Virus record (IMG/VR): IMGVR_UViG_3300003690_002850
Location: 68,285 to 132,284 of that record
Length of the DNA: 64,000 bases
Strand: one strand, 5' to 3'
Source: a virus
Shown here: positions 28,012 through 38,022 of the stretch, piece by piece
Layout of the letters: every line of letters begins with the position of its first letter
Position numbering within the stretch: the stretch's first letter is position 1
Notes under the pieces: model-generated
Told to the model about the DNA's origin: nothing
What the model saw: the letters and a program-made list of their open reading frames with translations, nothing else
The model's database searches: none
Translations under genes and position numbers: made by a program

Positions 28012-28611
28012 ATGCCTAATTTAGATTTTATAGTAAAAAAACATCATTTAAATGATACTGGATTAACAAGACATTATTTAACTTTATATTCTATTGTTTT
28101 AGGCATGGAGTCAAAGAATGTATTTGAATTTGGTACTGGGTTTTCTACTCGAGCAATGGTTGAAGCGTTAAAGCTAACTGGTGGTAAATTAACTACTGTA
28201 GATATAAGACCGTTATCTATAAGAGAAGATATTCCTGATAACTTTTTAGATGATAATAAAGATATATGGTCGTTTTATGAGGGTAATTCGCTAGATGTTG
28301 TACCTACTATAGATCATAGCAAATGCTATGACGTAGTATTGCATGATGGTTCTCATACTGGATTAGAAGTTACTCAAGATTTAAATAATATAGCTCCATA
28401 TGTTAAGAGAGGTGGATTAGTTTTAATACATGATACAACTCATTATGAGCTCGGCCCTGACATGAGGAGCGGAGTAGTTAATAGTGATTTAATTAAAAAA
28501 TATAAACACGATGGATCAACCTTGCCTTATGGTTACGGGCTGACTATAATACGCATATTAGATAATCCTTATAATGATAAAACTATTGATATACAATGGA
28601 AAAAAGAATAA
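28012..28611 (+). CDS. class I SAM methyltransferase (Methyltransf_24-like)
   Basis: VFEFGTGFST, TVDI, GNS, LHDGSHT, GGLVLIHDT. Confidence 0.8.
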   Translation: MPNLDFIVKKHHLNDTGLTRHYLTLYSIVLGMESKNVFEFGTGFSTRAMVEALKLTGGKLTTVDIRPLSIREDIPDNFLDDNKDIWSFYEGNSLDVVPTIDHSKCYDVVLHDGSHTGLEVTQDLNNIAPYVKRGGLVLIHDTTHYELGPDMRSGVVNSDLIKKYKHDGSTLPYGYGLTIIRILDNPYNDKTIDIQWKKE

Positions 28612-29582
28612 GATTTATAGCAAATAAACAAAATTATAATACAGGTTCTTATAGAATTTGGATTCATGATCTTAATAATTATTTTAAAAAGTTAAATATA
28701 TCATCGTGTATTTCAACTACCGTAGGAGACGAGGAGATTGTCATTGTCGGGAAAGGTGAACTTGATTTAGCCCGCAATATAAAGACAGATCACCCAGAAA
28801 AAAAAGTAGGGTTAATAAATCCCACAATAGGTAATTATGACTATTGTGATTTTCTTATAGTAGGCTCGATAGAAGAACAAGTAAGTTTATCAACAAACAA
28901 AAATGTATTTTTGTATCCGTTAATTGAAAACCTATATCAAGATAAAGAGATAAAACCTCATAATAACACACAAACCTTACGGTTTTGTTTTCACGGGCAT
29001 TTCCCTCATTTAGCTAAGTTTAATCCACACGTTAAACTTGCATTAGAAGAATTTTCAAAAGAGAAAGATATCGAATTACTTGTTCTTCATGGACATGTTG
29101 ATTTTGATTTTCCTGGTTTTACTTGGCAAAAAGGCCGCCCAAATATAAAAATAAAATATAAACAATGGAATATAGATTCAATAGTTCAAGATATTTTATC
29201 TACTGACATAGGCTTATGTCCTAATCTGACATATATAGACGTAGATGATTATAAACGTAATGAAATTATCATGGAAGGGATATATACTACGGATTATGTA
29301 ATTAGATTTAAGAATAAATCTAATGCTGGTCGAGCGTTTGTTTTTCATCAATTAGGAATACCTGTTATAACAGATCTCACACCAAGTAATTTACATATTC
29401 TTGGAAACCCACAACATGGTTTGATTGCTGCAGATAAAAATGGGTGGTTAAAGGCGTTTAGAGAGCTATCATGTTGTAAGAAAAGAAAAGAAATGGGATT
29501 AAAAGCTAAAGAAGAATTCGATAGGCTTTATAATCCGTTAATATGGGCAAAAAATTTATACTCACAATTAAATGAATTATAA
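28596..29582 (+). CDS. GT-B glycosyltransferase-like protein
   Basis: GSYRI N-terminus, DIGLCP, KSNAGR...LGIPVI. Confidence 0.65.
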   Translation: MEKRIRFIANKQNYNTGSYRIWIHDLNNYFKKLNISSCISTTVGDEEIVIVGKGELDLARNIKTDHPEKKVGLINPTIGNYDYCDFLIVGSIEEQVSLSTNKNVFLYPLIENLYQDKEIKPHNNTQTLRFCFHGHFPHLAKFNPHVKLALEEFSKEKDIELLVLHGHVDFDFPGFTWQKGRPNIKIKYKQWNIDSIVQDILSTDIGLCPNLTYIDVDDYKRNEIIMEGIYTTDYVIRFKNKSNAGRAFVFHQLGIPVITDLTPSNLHILGNPQHGLIAADKNGWLKAFRELSCCKKRKEMGLKAKEEFDRLYNPLIWAKNLYSQLNEL

Positions 29583-30177
29583 AGAATTAGTCTCGAAATA
29601 TGCACTAGACGGTCATGGTCGTCCTAGGGGGATGATGACTCGTGTACAATATGAAGAAATATCTAAAGAATTAGAATCTCATTGTCCTTGTAATTTATTA
29701 GTTTTTGGCGTAGGAGCAGATTCTTATCTTTGGCAAAATTTAAATATTAACGGTTCAACAGTATTTTTAGAAAATAATCCTGACTGGATATCAAAAGTTT
29801 TAAAGGAAAAATATGATAATGAGTTAAAAATACATCATATAGTATATAAAACATCTGTACAAGAATATAAAAGAATAAAATTTGATGAGGAAGAAATTAA
29901 AATTGATTTACCTGATGAAGTAACGCAAGTATCGTGGGATTTTATAATTGTAGATGCTCCGAAAGGACATCAGCAGCCAAACCCGTATAAAGGCCCGGGC
30001 CGTATGAGTAGTATTTTTTCTGCTTCTTTATTAATAAAAGAAGATGGTATTGTTATTGTAGATGATTTTAATAGAGAGGTTGAAAGAATATATTCAACCC
30101 ATTATTTCGGAGAAGAGAATTTAGTTAAAGTTGTGGAAGAAAAGGTAGCTTTTTTTAGAAATAAAAAAAATGGATAA
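29572..30177 (+). CDS. DUF579-like polysaccharide O-methyltransferase
   Basis: PCNLLVFGVG..S..W..LN.NG.TVFLE, WDFIIVDAPKG, PGRMSSIF and DFNREVE match DUF579 (GXM/IRX15) motifs. Confidence 0.75.
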   Translation: MNYKELVSKYALDGHGRPRGMMTRVQYEEISKELESHCPCNLLVFGVGADSYLWQNLNINGSTVFLENNPDWISKVLKEKYDNELKIHHIVYKTSVQEYKRIKFDEEEIKIDLPDEVTQVSWDFIIVDAPKGHQQPNPYKGPGRMSSIFSASLLIKEDGIVIVDDFNREVERIYSTHYFGEENLVKVVEEKVAFFRNKKNG

Positions 30178-30901
30178 AGGTATAATATATACAGTTTATA
30201 ATGCGGTAGGAGATCAATTTTTCAAAGAATTGAGTGTGTCAGTAGAATCATTTAGAAAATTTCATCCAGATCTTCATATTACATGTTTTTCAGACATGAA
30301 GCCAGATAAATTACTACAGCTTGTTCCTGGTATTAATAAGTGTATACAAATAGATTGTAAGATATTAAGAGCAAAGGTTGATGTCCTTAAGCATTCTCCA
30401 TATGAAAAGACTTTATATTTAGATTCAGATACTGTGTTTGATTATCATATATATGATATATTTGATATGTTAGATGAATATGAATTAGTTATTGCTCATT
30501 GTTTAGCTAGAAAGAGAGAGAAATATTCTAAGGTTATTCCAGAATATAAAAATATACCATATGCTTTTTCAGAAGTTAATACAGGAGTAATAGGCTTTAA
30601 AAAATGCGACAACATAGATAAGTTGCTTAATCTCTGGCCAAAATATTATCGTAAATATTATAACGTTTGTCCGTATGATCAACCGACATTTAGGGTCTCT
30701 CTTTGGGAGTCAAAAGCTAAATTATATATTTTACCTCCAGAATATAACGCAAGAAGTAAACAAAATAGAGAAAAGCAAAGAACTTTTCATCATGAATTTG
30801 GAGAAGACCATCTTAAGGAAAGAATTCTTCATATGCATCATAAACAGGATACTCTTGATAATGCATTACAACATTGCTTACAAAATTACCTACAATACTA
30901 A
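30170..30901 (+). CDS. GT-A glycosyltransferase (GT8/GT77-like)
   Basis: SPYEKTLYLDSDT, NTGVI, DQPTFR, LPPEYN. Confidence 0.75.
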   Translation: MDKGIIYTVYNAVGDQFFKELSVSVESFRKFHPDLHITCFSDMKPDKLLQLVPGINKCIQIDCKILRAKVDVLKHSPYEKTLYLDSDTVFDYHIYDIFDMLDEYELVIAHCLARKREKYSKVIPEYKNIPYAFSEVNTGVIGFKKCDNIDKLLNLWPKYYRKYYNVCPYDQPTFRVSLWESKAKLYILPPEYNARSKQNREKQRTFHHEFGEDHLKERILHMHHKQDTLDNALQHCLQNYLQY

Positions 30902-31692
30902 TGATTTGGACAAATACATCTCTTTTTAATTCCTTATTACCAGAGGATAAAGTCACACAAGACAAAAATTTAGCAACATCAATTATATTAGGCGCACCTC
31001 CTATAGATATAACTGAATTTCCTAATGTTGATTTTGTTTTTCGGGCCGGTGTAGGGACTGATAATGTAAATTTTCCTTCTAATATAAGAGTACAGTTTCC
31101 TTCTATGGAAACTAAAAATATTATTTACGAAGAAACGGCGAATTTTACTTGTTATTTAATATTTAAAATGTTATATGATAACATAGGTGATTTATCTTCA
31201 TGGAGTAGTACAAGGAGAAACATTCTTACTAATAAAAATTTATTAATAGTAGGATTAGGTAATATAGGACAAAGAGTTAAAGATAAAATGTCTTCTTTTA
31301 TTGAAAATATTACAACATATGATATATTGACTGATACATCCTTACCGGATTATAATAAAGCAGATATAGTTAGTCTTCATATACCTTATTGTCCTGAAAA
31401 TAAAAATTTTATAAATAAAACTAATTTGGCCCAATTTAAAGATAATGCTATTTTAATTAATACTGCGCGAGGCCCTCTCGTAAATGAAAATGATCTTTAT
31501 GAATGTTTAAGACATACTAATATACGAGCCGCATTTGACGCTTTTTGGGTCGAACCGTATAGAGGTAAGCTTAATGTATTTGGTAATTCTAAATTTTTTA
31601 TGACACCTCATATAGCGAGCTCTAGTATTGAATTTATTGAAAATTGTTATGAGGATTTTGAAGTTGCTCTGAGCAACCATGTCACAGTATGA
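30901..31692 (+). CDS. D-isomer-specific 2-hydroxyacid dehydrogenase
   Basis: RAGVGTDNV, GLGNIG, DIVSLHIP, INTARGPLV, DAFWVEP, TPHIAS. Confidence 0.88.
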   Translation: MIWTNTSLFNSLLPEDKVTQDKNLATSIILGAPPIDITEFPNVDFVFRAGVGTDNVNFPSNIRVQFPSMETKNIIYEETANFTCYLIFKMLYDNIGDLSSWSSTRRNILTNKNLLIVGLGNIGQRVKDKMSSFIENITTYDILTDTSLPDYNKADIVSLHIPYCPENKNFINKTNLAQFKDNAILINTARGPLVNENDLYECLRHTNIRAAFDAFWVEPYRGKLNVFGNSKFFMTPHIASSSIEFIENCYEDFEVALSNHVTV

Positions 31693-32450
31693 AAGATGAA
31701 CAATATTTTAATTTCTTAAAAGGAAAAAAAGCTATTATTATTGGTCCCGCTCAATATCTTACTACTGAGTCGTTCAGCGGGTTTGGTGAAAGCATAGATA
31801 AAGAATATGATATTGTAGTAAGATTAAATAGAGGAATGGAATTAACACAGCGCTATAAATCAAATATCGGCTCTAGAACAGACGTATTTTATAATTGTCT
31901 TATAGAGCATAAAGATAATGGCGGAATAATAGATATTAATAACCTTAAAGATAATAACATACAGTGGCTGTGTACGATTCCAAATTCTACCATGAGAGGT
32001 AATTGCTATAGCAATGAATTACACCCGATGGTTAATCAAAACACTGTAAATTTAATAAAACAGAACTTTAATTTTCATGTGATGGATTTTAGATTATATG
32101 GAGAGTTAAATAAAGGAGTAGATTGTCGGAGTAATACAGGCTTCGCAGCAATATTTGATACACTATATCACGGCGTTGAGTCTCTTTTCGTAACTGGTTT
32201 TAGTTTTTATTTAGATGCGTTCGCGCCAGGTTATAAGGAAGGATGTGCAAGAGACGAAGATGAATTTGCTAAACAATGCTTCGCATCTAAACGCCATAAT
32301 CAGGTAAATCAATGGATTTATGCTCGCAAAAATTTAAAAAATAATCCGAAAGTTATTTTAGACGATGTATTAACTAAAATTTTAAATTTAGAAACTCTTA
32401 ATAGAGAGGATTTTAATGAAGAGACTCAAAATCTATATAGTAACGTATAA
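31689..32450 (+). CDS. GT29 (sialyltransferase)-like protein
   Basis: sialylmotif-L-like IIIGPA...IDKEYDIVVRLN...IGSRTDV; S-like NTGFAAI...LFVTGFSFY; late His. Confidence 0.65.
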   Translation: MKDEQYFNFLKGKKAIIIGPAQYLTTESFSGFGESIDKEYDIVVRLNRGMELTQRYKSNIGSRTDVFYNCLIEHKDNGGIIDINNLKDNNIQWLCTIPNSTMRGNCYSNELHPMVNQNTVNLIKQNFNFHVMDFRLYGELNKGVDCRSNTGFAAIFDTLYHGVESLFVTGFSFYLDAFAPGYKEGCARDEDEFAKQCFASKRHNQVNQWIYARKNLKNNPKVILDDVLTKILNLETLNREDFNEETQNLYSNV

Positions 32451-33309
32451 AAGATCAAACGTTTTAAATGATACGTTAGAAAAATTATTTAAATCTGATT
32501 TTTCTCAAGTACCGAATACGGAAGTTAATATAATTAATAATCATACAGATTTTAGACTCGATTCACAGTTTAAAGATAAGGTTAATGTACTGCATAATGT
32601 TCTTAGGCCAGATTGGTCTAATGGTAATTTAGCTGAAAACTGGAATCAAGCTTTACTTAATGGTTTTGAAAACCTCAATAAACCAAAGTGTGAATATTTA
32701 GTTACAATGCAAAATGATACGAGTGTTCATTCTAACTGGTGTAGTAATCTTTTTAAAATGCATAAAAAGTATAACTTTATTGTAGGTAAATTTGGCGATA
32801 ATTTGGTGAGCTATACAGCATCTGCTGTTAAGAAGATAGGTATTTGGGATGAGAATTTTTTTGGTGTACAATATAAGGAAGCAGATTATTGGTTACGAGC
32901 TTTAATTTTTAATAAGAAAAAATCATGTATTAATGATATATTACATGGTATTGAATTGAATAATACAGATGCCCTTGAACTAGATACAGTAGCTGATAGG
33001 CAGTTTATTAAAGAAGATGGATTTAAAGGACATAAAACGCTGAAGCGAAAAGCAGATGATTCTGAGCATCAAAAAATTTGGGAAACTAGAACAGGTGTAT
33101 ATAAAGAGTATGCTTGGAAGTATTTTTTTAATAAATGGGCCGGTACGTGGATTAGACAACCAGAAAAATCTCAGTGGATTAAGGCCTGGCCTACAGAGCT
33201 TATTAATAACCCACCAGATATAAGAAAGTCTAAATTAAAGAGTATCATAAAGTATTGGTATTTTGAGAAGGACATAGAAAACTTAAAAGATAAAAATTAC
33301 TTATTATAG
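32416..33309 (+). CDS. GT2-like glycosyltransferase
   Basis: IYIVTYKR, LAENWN, MQNDT, IGIWDENF..VQYKEADY. Confidence 0.65.
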   Translation: MKRLKIYIVTYKRSNVLNDTLEKLFKSDFSQVPNTEVNIINNHTDFRLDSQFKDKVNVLHNVLRPDWSNGNLAENWNQALLNGFENLNKPKCEYLVTMQNDTSVHSNWCSNLFKMHKKYNFIVGKFGDNLVSYTASAVKKIGIWDENFFGVQYKEADYWLRALIFNKKKSCINDILHGIELNNTDALELDTVADRQFIKEDGFKGHKTLKRKADDSEHQKIWETRTGVYKEYAWKYFFNKWAGTWIRQPEKSQWIKAWPTELINNPPDIRKSKLKSIIKYWYFEKDIENLKDKNYLL

Positions 33310-33345
33310 ATTATTTTATGAATTATTGTAATTATATATAGAAGG

Positions 33346-34047
33346 ATGAAAATTTTTATACCTATTAAACACGAATCTCAGCGAGTTTCGGGAAAGAATT
33401 TTCGAAAATTAAATGGAGTGCCTCTTTACAAGCATACACTTTATAAATTAAAACAATATAAGGTTTTCGTTGACACAGATAGTGATGAAATAATTGAACA
33501 AATTCGAAGTGACCCTGATTTAAAAAATATTGTTACTCTTAAAAGACCAGACCACTTATGTGGTAATGAAGTTTCGGTAAATAAACTTATAGAGAATCTT
33601 TTGCAAGGATTTTGGCGTGGTCCATCTGAGTCCTCTACAGTTATAAATGATAATGACGTAATATGCCAGATTCATGTTACTAGTCCTTTTCTTAAAATGG
33701 ATACTTTAGAGAAAGCTTATAAGTTTTTTGAAAAGGATGGTTGTGATTCAGTTGTTAGTTGTAATTTAATCAATTCTCGCTTATGGAGAAAGGAAGAATA
33801 CGGTTATTGTCCCGTAAATCACAATCCTCTTAAATTAGAGCAAACTCAATCCCTTCCAACATTGTACGAAGAAAATTCTGCTTTTTATATGTTTAAAAAA
33901 AATGTATTTACTACTATTAAGAATAGAGTCGGGCGCTCCCCTGCTTTTTATAAAGTGGATCATCCTGAAAATTTTGATATTGATACAGAAGATAATTGGG
34001 AAGAATGTTTAAAAATTAATGAGACTATTATGGCAACAGTTACCTAG
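33346..34047 (+). CDS. acylneuraminate/Kdo cytidylyltransferase-like (NeuA family)
   Basis: IPIKHESQRVSGKNFR, VDTDS, HVTSPF, QTQSLP, EENSAFY, DIDTEDNW. Confidence 0.85.
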   Translation: MKIFIPIKHESQRVSGKNFRKLNGVPLYKHTLYKLKQYKVFVDTDSDEIIEQIRSDPDLKNIVTLKRPDHLCGNEVSVNKLIENLLQGFWRGPSESSTVINDNDVICQIHVTSPFLKMDTLEKAYKFFEKDGCDSVVSCNLINSRLWRKEEYGYCPVNHNPLKLEQTQSLPTLYEENSAFYMFKKNVFTTIKNRVGRSPAFYKVDHPENFDIDTEDNWEECLKINETIMATVT

Positions 34048-34699
34048 TCCTATAATTACAGAGATACTATGTAACTCTACATTCGATGGAGTTGTCTTTG
34101 ATCTTGAACACGGGTGCTTTAATAATGAGACTTTATATACTTGTATTCAAGTATGTTTACTTAAAAATAAATTATGCTTTATTAGAGTAACTTGTTTAGA
34201 TAAGACTATTATTAGAATGAGTCTTGATGCTGGAGTCTCCGGGGTCATATTTTCAACAGTACAGGACTATTATACAGCTAAACAGTATTATAATTACTGC
34301 TTTTATCCTCATAAAGGTAGTAGAGGTCAAGGATTAGTCAGAGAAAACCAGTGGGGTAATAAAGATTTTAAAAAACGTAATCCTATAGTTGTAGCTCAAA
34401 TAGAAACGAAACGCGGTCTTGATACTATAAGCATGCTTTCGCAAGTAGATTTCGATTATTTTATGATAGGGCCATATGATCTGTCTGCAAGCTTAGGTTG
34501 CATCGGTGATTTTAATTCACCGCTATATAAATCTGCTATAGAAGAGTTAAAATTAAAACTAGGCGATAAACTCGGATATCATTTAGTTAAAGACATTAAA
34601 GATCAATTTAAAGCCCACAAAAATTCAAAATTTTTAGCCCTATCAATGGATACTCTCTTTATTATTGACGGAATAAAGAGTATTGAAAATCTTAAATGA
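34019..34699 (+). CDS. HpcH/HpaI-family class II pyruvate aldolase
   Basis: FDLEHG, IRV, LDAG, YPHKGSRG, AQIET, IGPYDLSASLG. Confidence 0.88.
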   Translation: MRLLWQQLPSPIITEILCNSTFDGVVFDLEHGCFNNETLYTCIQVCLLKNKLCFIRVTCLDKTIIRMSLDAGVSGVIFSTVQDYYTAKQYYNYCFYPHKGSRGQGLVRENQWGNKDFKKRNPIVVAQIETKRGLDTISMLSQVDFDYFMIGPYDLSASLGCIGDFNSPLYKSAIEELKLKLGDKLGYHLVKDIKDQFKAHKNSKFLALSMDTLFIIDGIKSIENLK

Positions 34700-35133
34700 T
34701 CTTAATATCTCATAGAGGTAATTTGACCGGTAAAAATGCTAAATTAGAAAACAAACCTCTTCAAATACAAAAAGTATTAGATTTAGGCTTTCATTGTGAA
34801 ATTGACGTTTGGCTTATAAACGGTGAATATTTACTAGGGCATGATGAACCGAAAATTCATGTTAAAAAGTATATGATTGAGCATCCTAATTTGTGGTGTC
34901 ATGCTAAAAATTTAGAAGCATTACAGGAAATGTTAAAAAATAATAAGATACATTGCTTTTGGCATGAAACAGATCAATATACTATTACCTCTAAGCAATT
35001 TATTTGGACATTCCCTGGTAAGTACGTTTCAGACAATTGTATTATTGTAGATAATTCAAAAAATCCACCTAATTATAATTGTACAGGCGTTTGTTCCGAT
35101 TATGTACAATTATATAAAACACGTCATTTTTGA
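34696..35133 (+). CDS. short GDPD/PI-PLC-like phosphodiesterase
   Basis: ISHRGN, EN, EIDVW, LGHD, WCHAKN, FWH, GVCSD. Confidence 0.75.
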   Translation: MILISHRGNLTGKNAKLENKPLQIQKVLDLGFHCEIDVWLINGEYLLGHDEPKIHVKKYMIEHPNLWCHAKNLEALQEMLKNNKIHCFWHETDQYTITSKQFIWTFPGKYVSDNCIIVDNSKNPPNYNCTGVCSDYVQLYKTRHF

Positions 35134-36502
35134 TTTAGACGGAGTATTAATGGATAGTAGAGACTTACACTATTATGCGTTAAACGATGCTCTTCGTACT
35201 ATTAATAATTCTTATATTATATCAAGAGAGGAACATCTTTCTTCATACGACGGTAAGTCAACGAAAACTAAACTTTCACTATTAACTGAACATAAACAAT
35301 TACCTGAAAGTGAATATGATAAAATCTGGCAATTAAAGCAAACCTTTACTAGACAAAGACTTCAATCGATTGAAGAGAATTTAGAACTACAACGGTTATT
35401 TAAATTTTTAAAAGATAATAATTTAAAAATTTCAATTGCTTCAAACGCTATACGGGAAACTGTATTAACATCTTTAGAAAGAGTAGGGGTATTAAAGTAT
35501 TGTGATTATGTATTAACTAATGAAGATGTTTTTCTGCCTAAACCTAATGCAGAAATGTATATGAGGTGCATGATCCATACTAAAACAAATCCAGACGAAA
35601 CGGTAATAGTTGAAGATTCTCACACAGGGAGGAAGGGAGCTATAAGAAGTGGTTCGCATTTATGTCCTGTAACAGGACCAGGAGATGTAACGTTTAATTA
35701 TATAATAAATTTTATTAAAACAAAAGACAGAGCAATGGAAGAAATAAAACCAAAATGGCTAGGCGGTGATATGAACGTGTTAATTCCTATGGCGGGAGCT
35801 GGTACGAGGTTTGAGAAGGCTGGTTATACCTTTCCGAAGCCGTTAGTTGATGTCCTCGGCAAACCAATGATACAGACGGTGGTTGATAACTTAAACATTG
35901 AAGCTAATTATATTTTTATTGTACGAAAATCTCATTATGCGGAATATCATTTACAAACCGTACTTAACAATATAGCACCAGGTTGTACAATTGTACAGGT
36001 AGAAGGTATTACAGAAGGTGCAGCATGTACAACTTTATTAGCAAAACAATATATTAACAATGATAAGCCATTAGTTATGGCTAATTCAGATCAATATGTA
36101 GAATGGGACAGTAACGAGTTTATGTATTCTATGGTGGGAGATGATGTAGATGGTGGTATTTTAACTTTTAAGTCTACACACCCTAAATGGAGTTATGCAA
36201 AATTAGGAGATAATGGGTTCGTTACAGAAGTTGCTGAGAAGAAACCAATATCTAATATTGCTACAGTTGGTATCTACTATTGGGCCAAAGGTTCTGATTA
36301 TGTTAAATACACTGAACAAATGATAGAAAAGAATATTAGAACAAATAATGAGTTTTATGTTTGTCCTGTATATAACGAAGCTATAGCAGCCGGTAAAAAT
36401 ATTAAAGTTTTTGATGTACCAAAAATGTGGGGACTCGGTACTCCGGAGGATTTGAATAATTTTATATCTAATTATGAAAGTATGCGCAACAATTCCAATT
36501 AA
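35102..36502 (+). CDS. HAD phosphatase fused to an NTP-transferase (sugar-phosphate nucleotidyltransferase-like) domain
   Basis: FDLDGVL, KPNAE, VEDS; IPMAGAGTRF..GY..PKPL, EGAACT, NSDQ, EKKPIS, GLGTPEDL. Confidence 0.85.
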   Translation: MYNYIKHVIFDLDGVLMDSRDLHYYALNDALRTINNSYIISREEHLSSYDGKSTKTKLSLLTEHKQLPESEYDKIWQLKQTFTRQRLQSIEENLELQRLFKFLKDNNLKISIASNAIRETVLTSLERVGVLKYCDYVLTNEDVFLPKPNAEMYMRCMIHTKTNPDETVIVEDSHTGRKGAIRSGSHLCPVTGPGDVTFNYIINFIKTKDRAMEEIKPKWLGGDMNVLIPMAGAGTRFEKAGYTFPKPLVDVLGKPMIQTVVDNLNIEANYIFIVRKSHYAEYHLQTVLNNIAPGCTIVQVEGITEGAACTTLLAKQYINNDKPLVMANSDQYVEWDSNEFMYSMVGDDVDGGILTFKSTHPKWSYAKLGDNGFVTEVAEKKPISNIATVGIYYWAKGSDYVKYTEQMIEKNIRTNNEFYVCPVYNEAIAAGKNIKVFDVPKMWGLGTPEDLNNFISNYESMRNNSN

Positions 36503-37160
36503 AAGTAACTCAACTAGAGTTGTAGATAAGAATTTTAAACTTTTAGGCAATAAGCCTTTGTATCAATATATTATAGATCACTGTATACAGGCAGAATGTT
36601 TTGATGATATTTATATTGACACTGATAGTACTGAAATAAAAGAGTATTGTTTTAAAAATAAGGTACATTGGATAGAAAGATTACCCGAACTTACTTTAGA
36701 TACAGCAAATGGTAATGATGTGTTCCATTATGATATACATCATATAGAAAGAAAAGTGAAAGGTGATAGAGTTAGCTTATTAACATATGATTATTACTTT
36801 CAATTGTATGCTACAGCACCATTTCTTAAACCAGACACTATTAAAGCATGTGTAAATAAATTAACTCATACTTCTAGATATGATTCTATTTTAACTGCTA
36901 CAGAAGAATATGGGTGGTTTTGGTTTAAAGATCAACCAGTTAATTATCAGCCTAATATTTTACCAAGATCACAAGATGCTACACCAGTAATAAAAGAGAC
37001 AACAGGGTTATACGGTATATCTAAAAGTGCTTATGATAGGTTTAGATGTCGTGTAGGTGCCACTCCATATTTCTATATACTAAACGATAGAGCGGAGTGT
37101 ATTGATTTAGATACGCACGATGATTTTGCTCTTGCTGACAAATATTTAAAATCAGTATGA
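36474..37160 (+). CDS. second acylneuraminate cytidylyltransferase-like protein
   Basis: IPIKSNSTRVVDKNF, IDTDS, ATAPF, RSQD, ETTGLY, DLDTHDDF. Confidence 0.85.
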   Translation: MKVCATIPIKSNSTRVVDKNFKLLGNKPLYQYIIDHCIQAECFDDIYIDTDSTEIKEYCFKNKVHWIERLPELTLDTANGNDVFHYDIHHIERKVKGDRVSLLTYDYYFQLYATAPFLKPDTIKACVNKLTHTSRYDSILTATEEYGWFWFKDQPVNYQPNILPRSQDATPVIKETTGLYGISKSAYDRFRCRVGATPYFYILNDRAECIDLDTHDDFALADKYLKSV

Positions 37161-38017
37161 ATATAGCAATATGTATATGTGGTGAACCGAGAATGAAAGA
37201 AGTCGGTGCCGAGAGCCTTAGAAAATTTAGAAAAGCTGTTAGCGGGTATGATGTACGTGTTGATGTGTTTTATCATATATGGGATCATGTAACTAAACGT
37301 CAACGTAACCATAAATCTCAAGACCCTTTTGTAGAGTATGTTACCGCTGAGGAGATAGAACAGTTATATCCTTCGACTGTAGGTCATTTAGGTGATAAAA
37401 GCGAAATGGATGAAGAAATAGATTACATATGGGAATATGTTTGTAATTTAAATGAACCGAATCCTAGATATGATACAAAAGAAATATTAAAAAATCAAAT
37501 TTATTATTCTAATACACCCGGATATTCTCAACTACATAGTCTATGTAAGAACCAATTAATGAGAATAGAATATGAAGAAAAAAATAATATTAAATACGAT
37601 TTAATTATTAAAACAAGGACCGATGTAGAGTTTAAATGCCATCCAACTTTTGCGCATATTAAAGAAGTAGCCGAAAGACCACAATTTCAAGAACAAATAT
37701 TTTTACCTAATATGGAAGTATGGAGTGTAAAACATAAAACTCTAATAATACCTGAATTTTCATTGTTTTTCGGTAATTCAAAAACATTAAATAAGGATAT
37801 ATGGGAAAAGTATCCACAAAAACTTATACCAGATTTATATTATTATAGGGGTGGTCCTCATTTAAGCGTGACAAATGATCACACGGTATTTATGAATTTA
37901 ATTTTAAATCATACCAAAGTAAAAGTTCATGCACATTTACATAATGCATTAAAATATAAATTACATCAAATGCCTACATATTATAAAGAACAAAAAAAGA
38001 AATATAGTCATTATTAA
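37157..38017 (+). CDS. putative glycosyltransferase-like protein (GxPR...HxW...YDxIIKxRxD family), paralog A
   Basis: IAICICGEPR, VFYHIWD, YDLIIKTRTD. Confidence 0.55.
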   Translation: MNIAICICGEPRMKEVGAESLRKFRKAVSGYDVRVDVFYHIWDHVTKRQRNHKSQDPFVEYVTAEEIEQLYPSTVGHLGDKSEMDEEIDYIWEYVCNLNEPNPRYDTKEILKNQIYYSNTPGYSQLHSLCKNQLMRIEYEEKNNIKYDLIIKTRTDVEFKCHPTFAHIKEVAERPQFQEQIFLPNMEVWSVKHKTLIIPEFSLFFGNSKTLNKDIWEKYPQKLIPDLYYYRGGPHLSVTNDHTVFMNLILNHTKVKVHAHLHNALKYKLHQMPTYYKEQKKKYSHY

Positions 38018-38022
38018 AAAAG

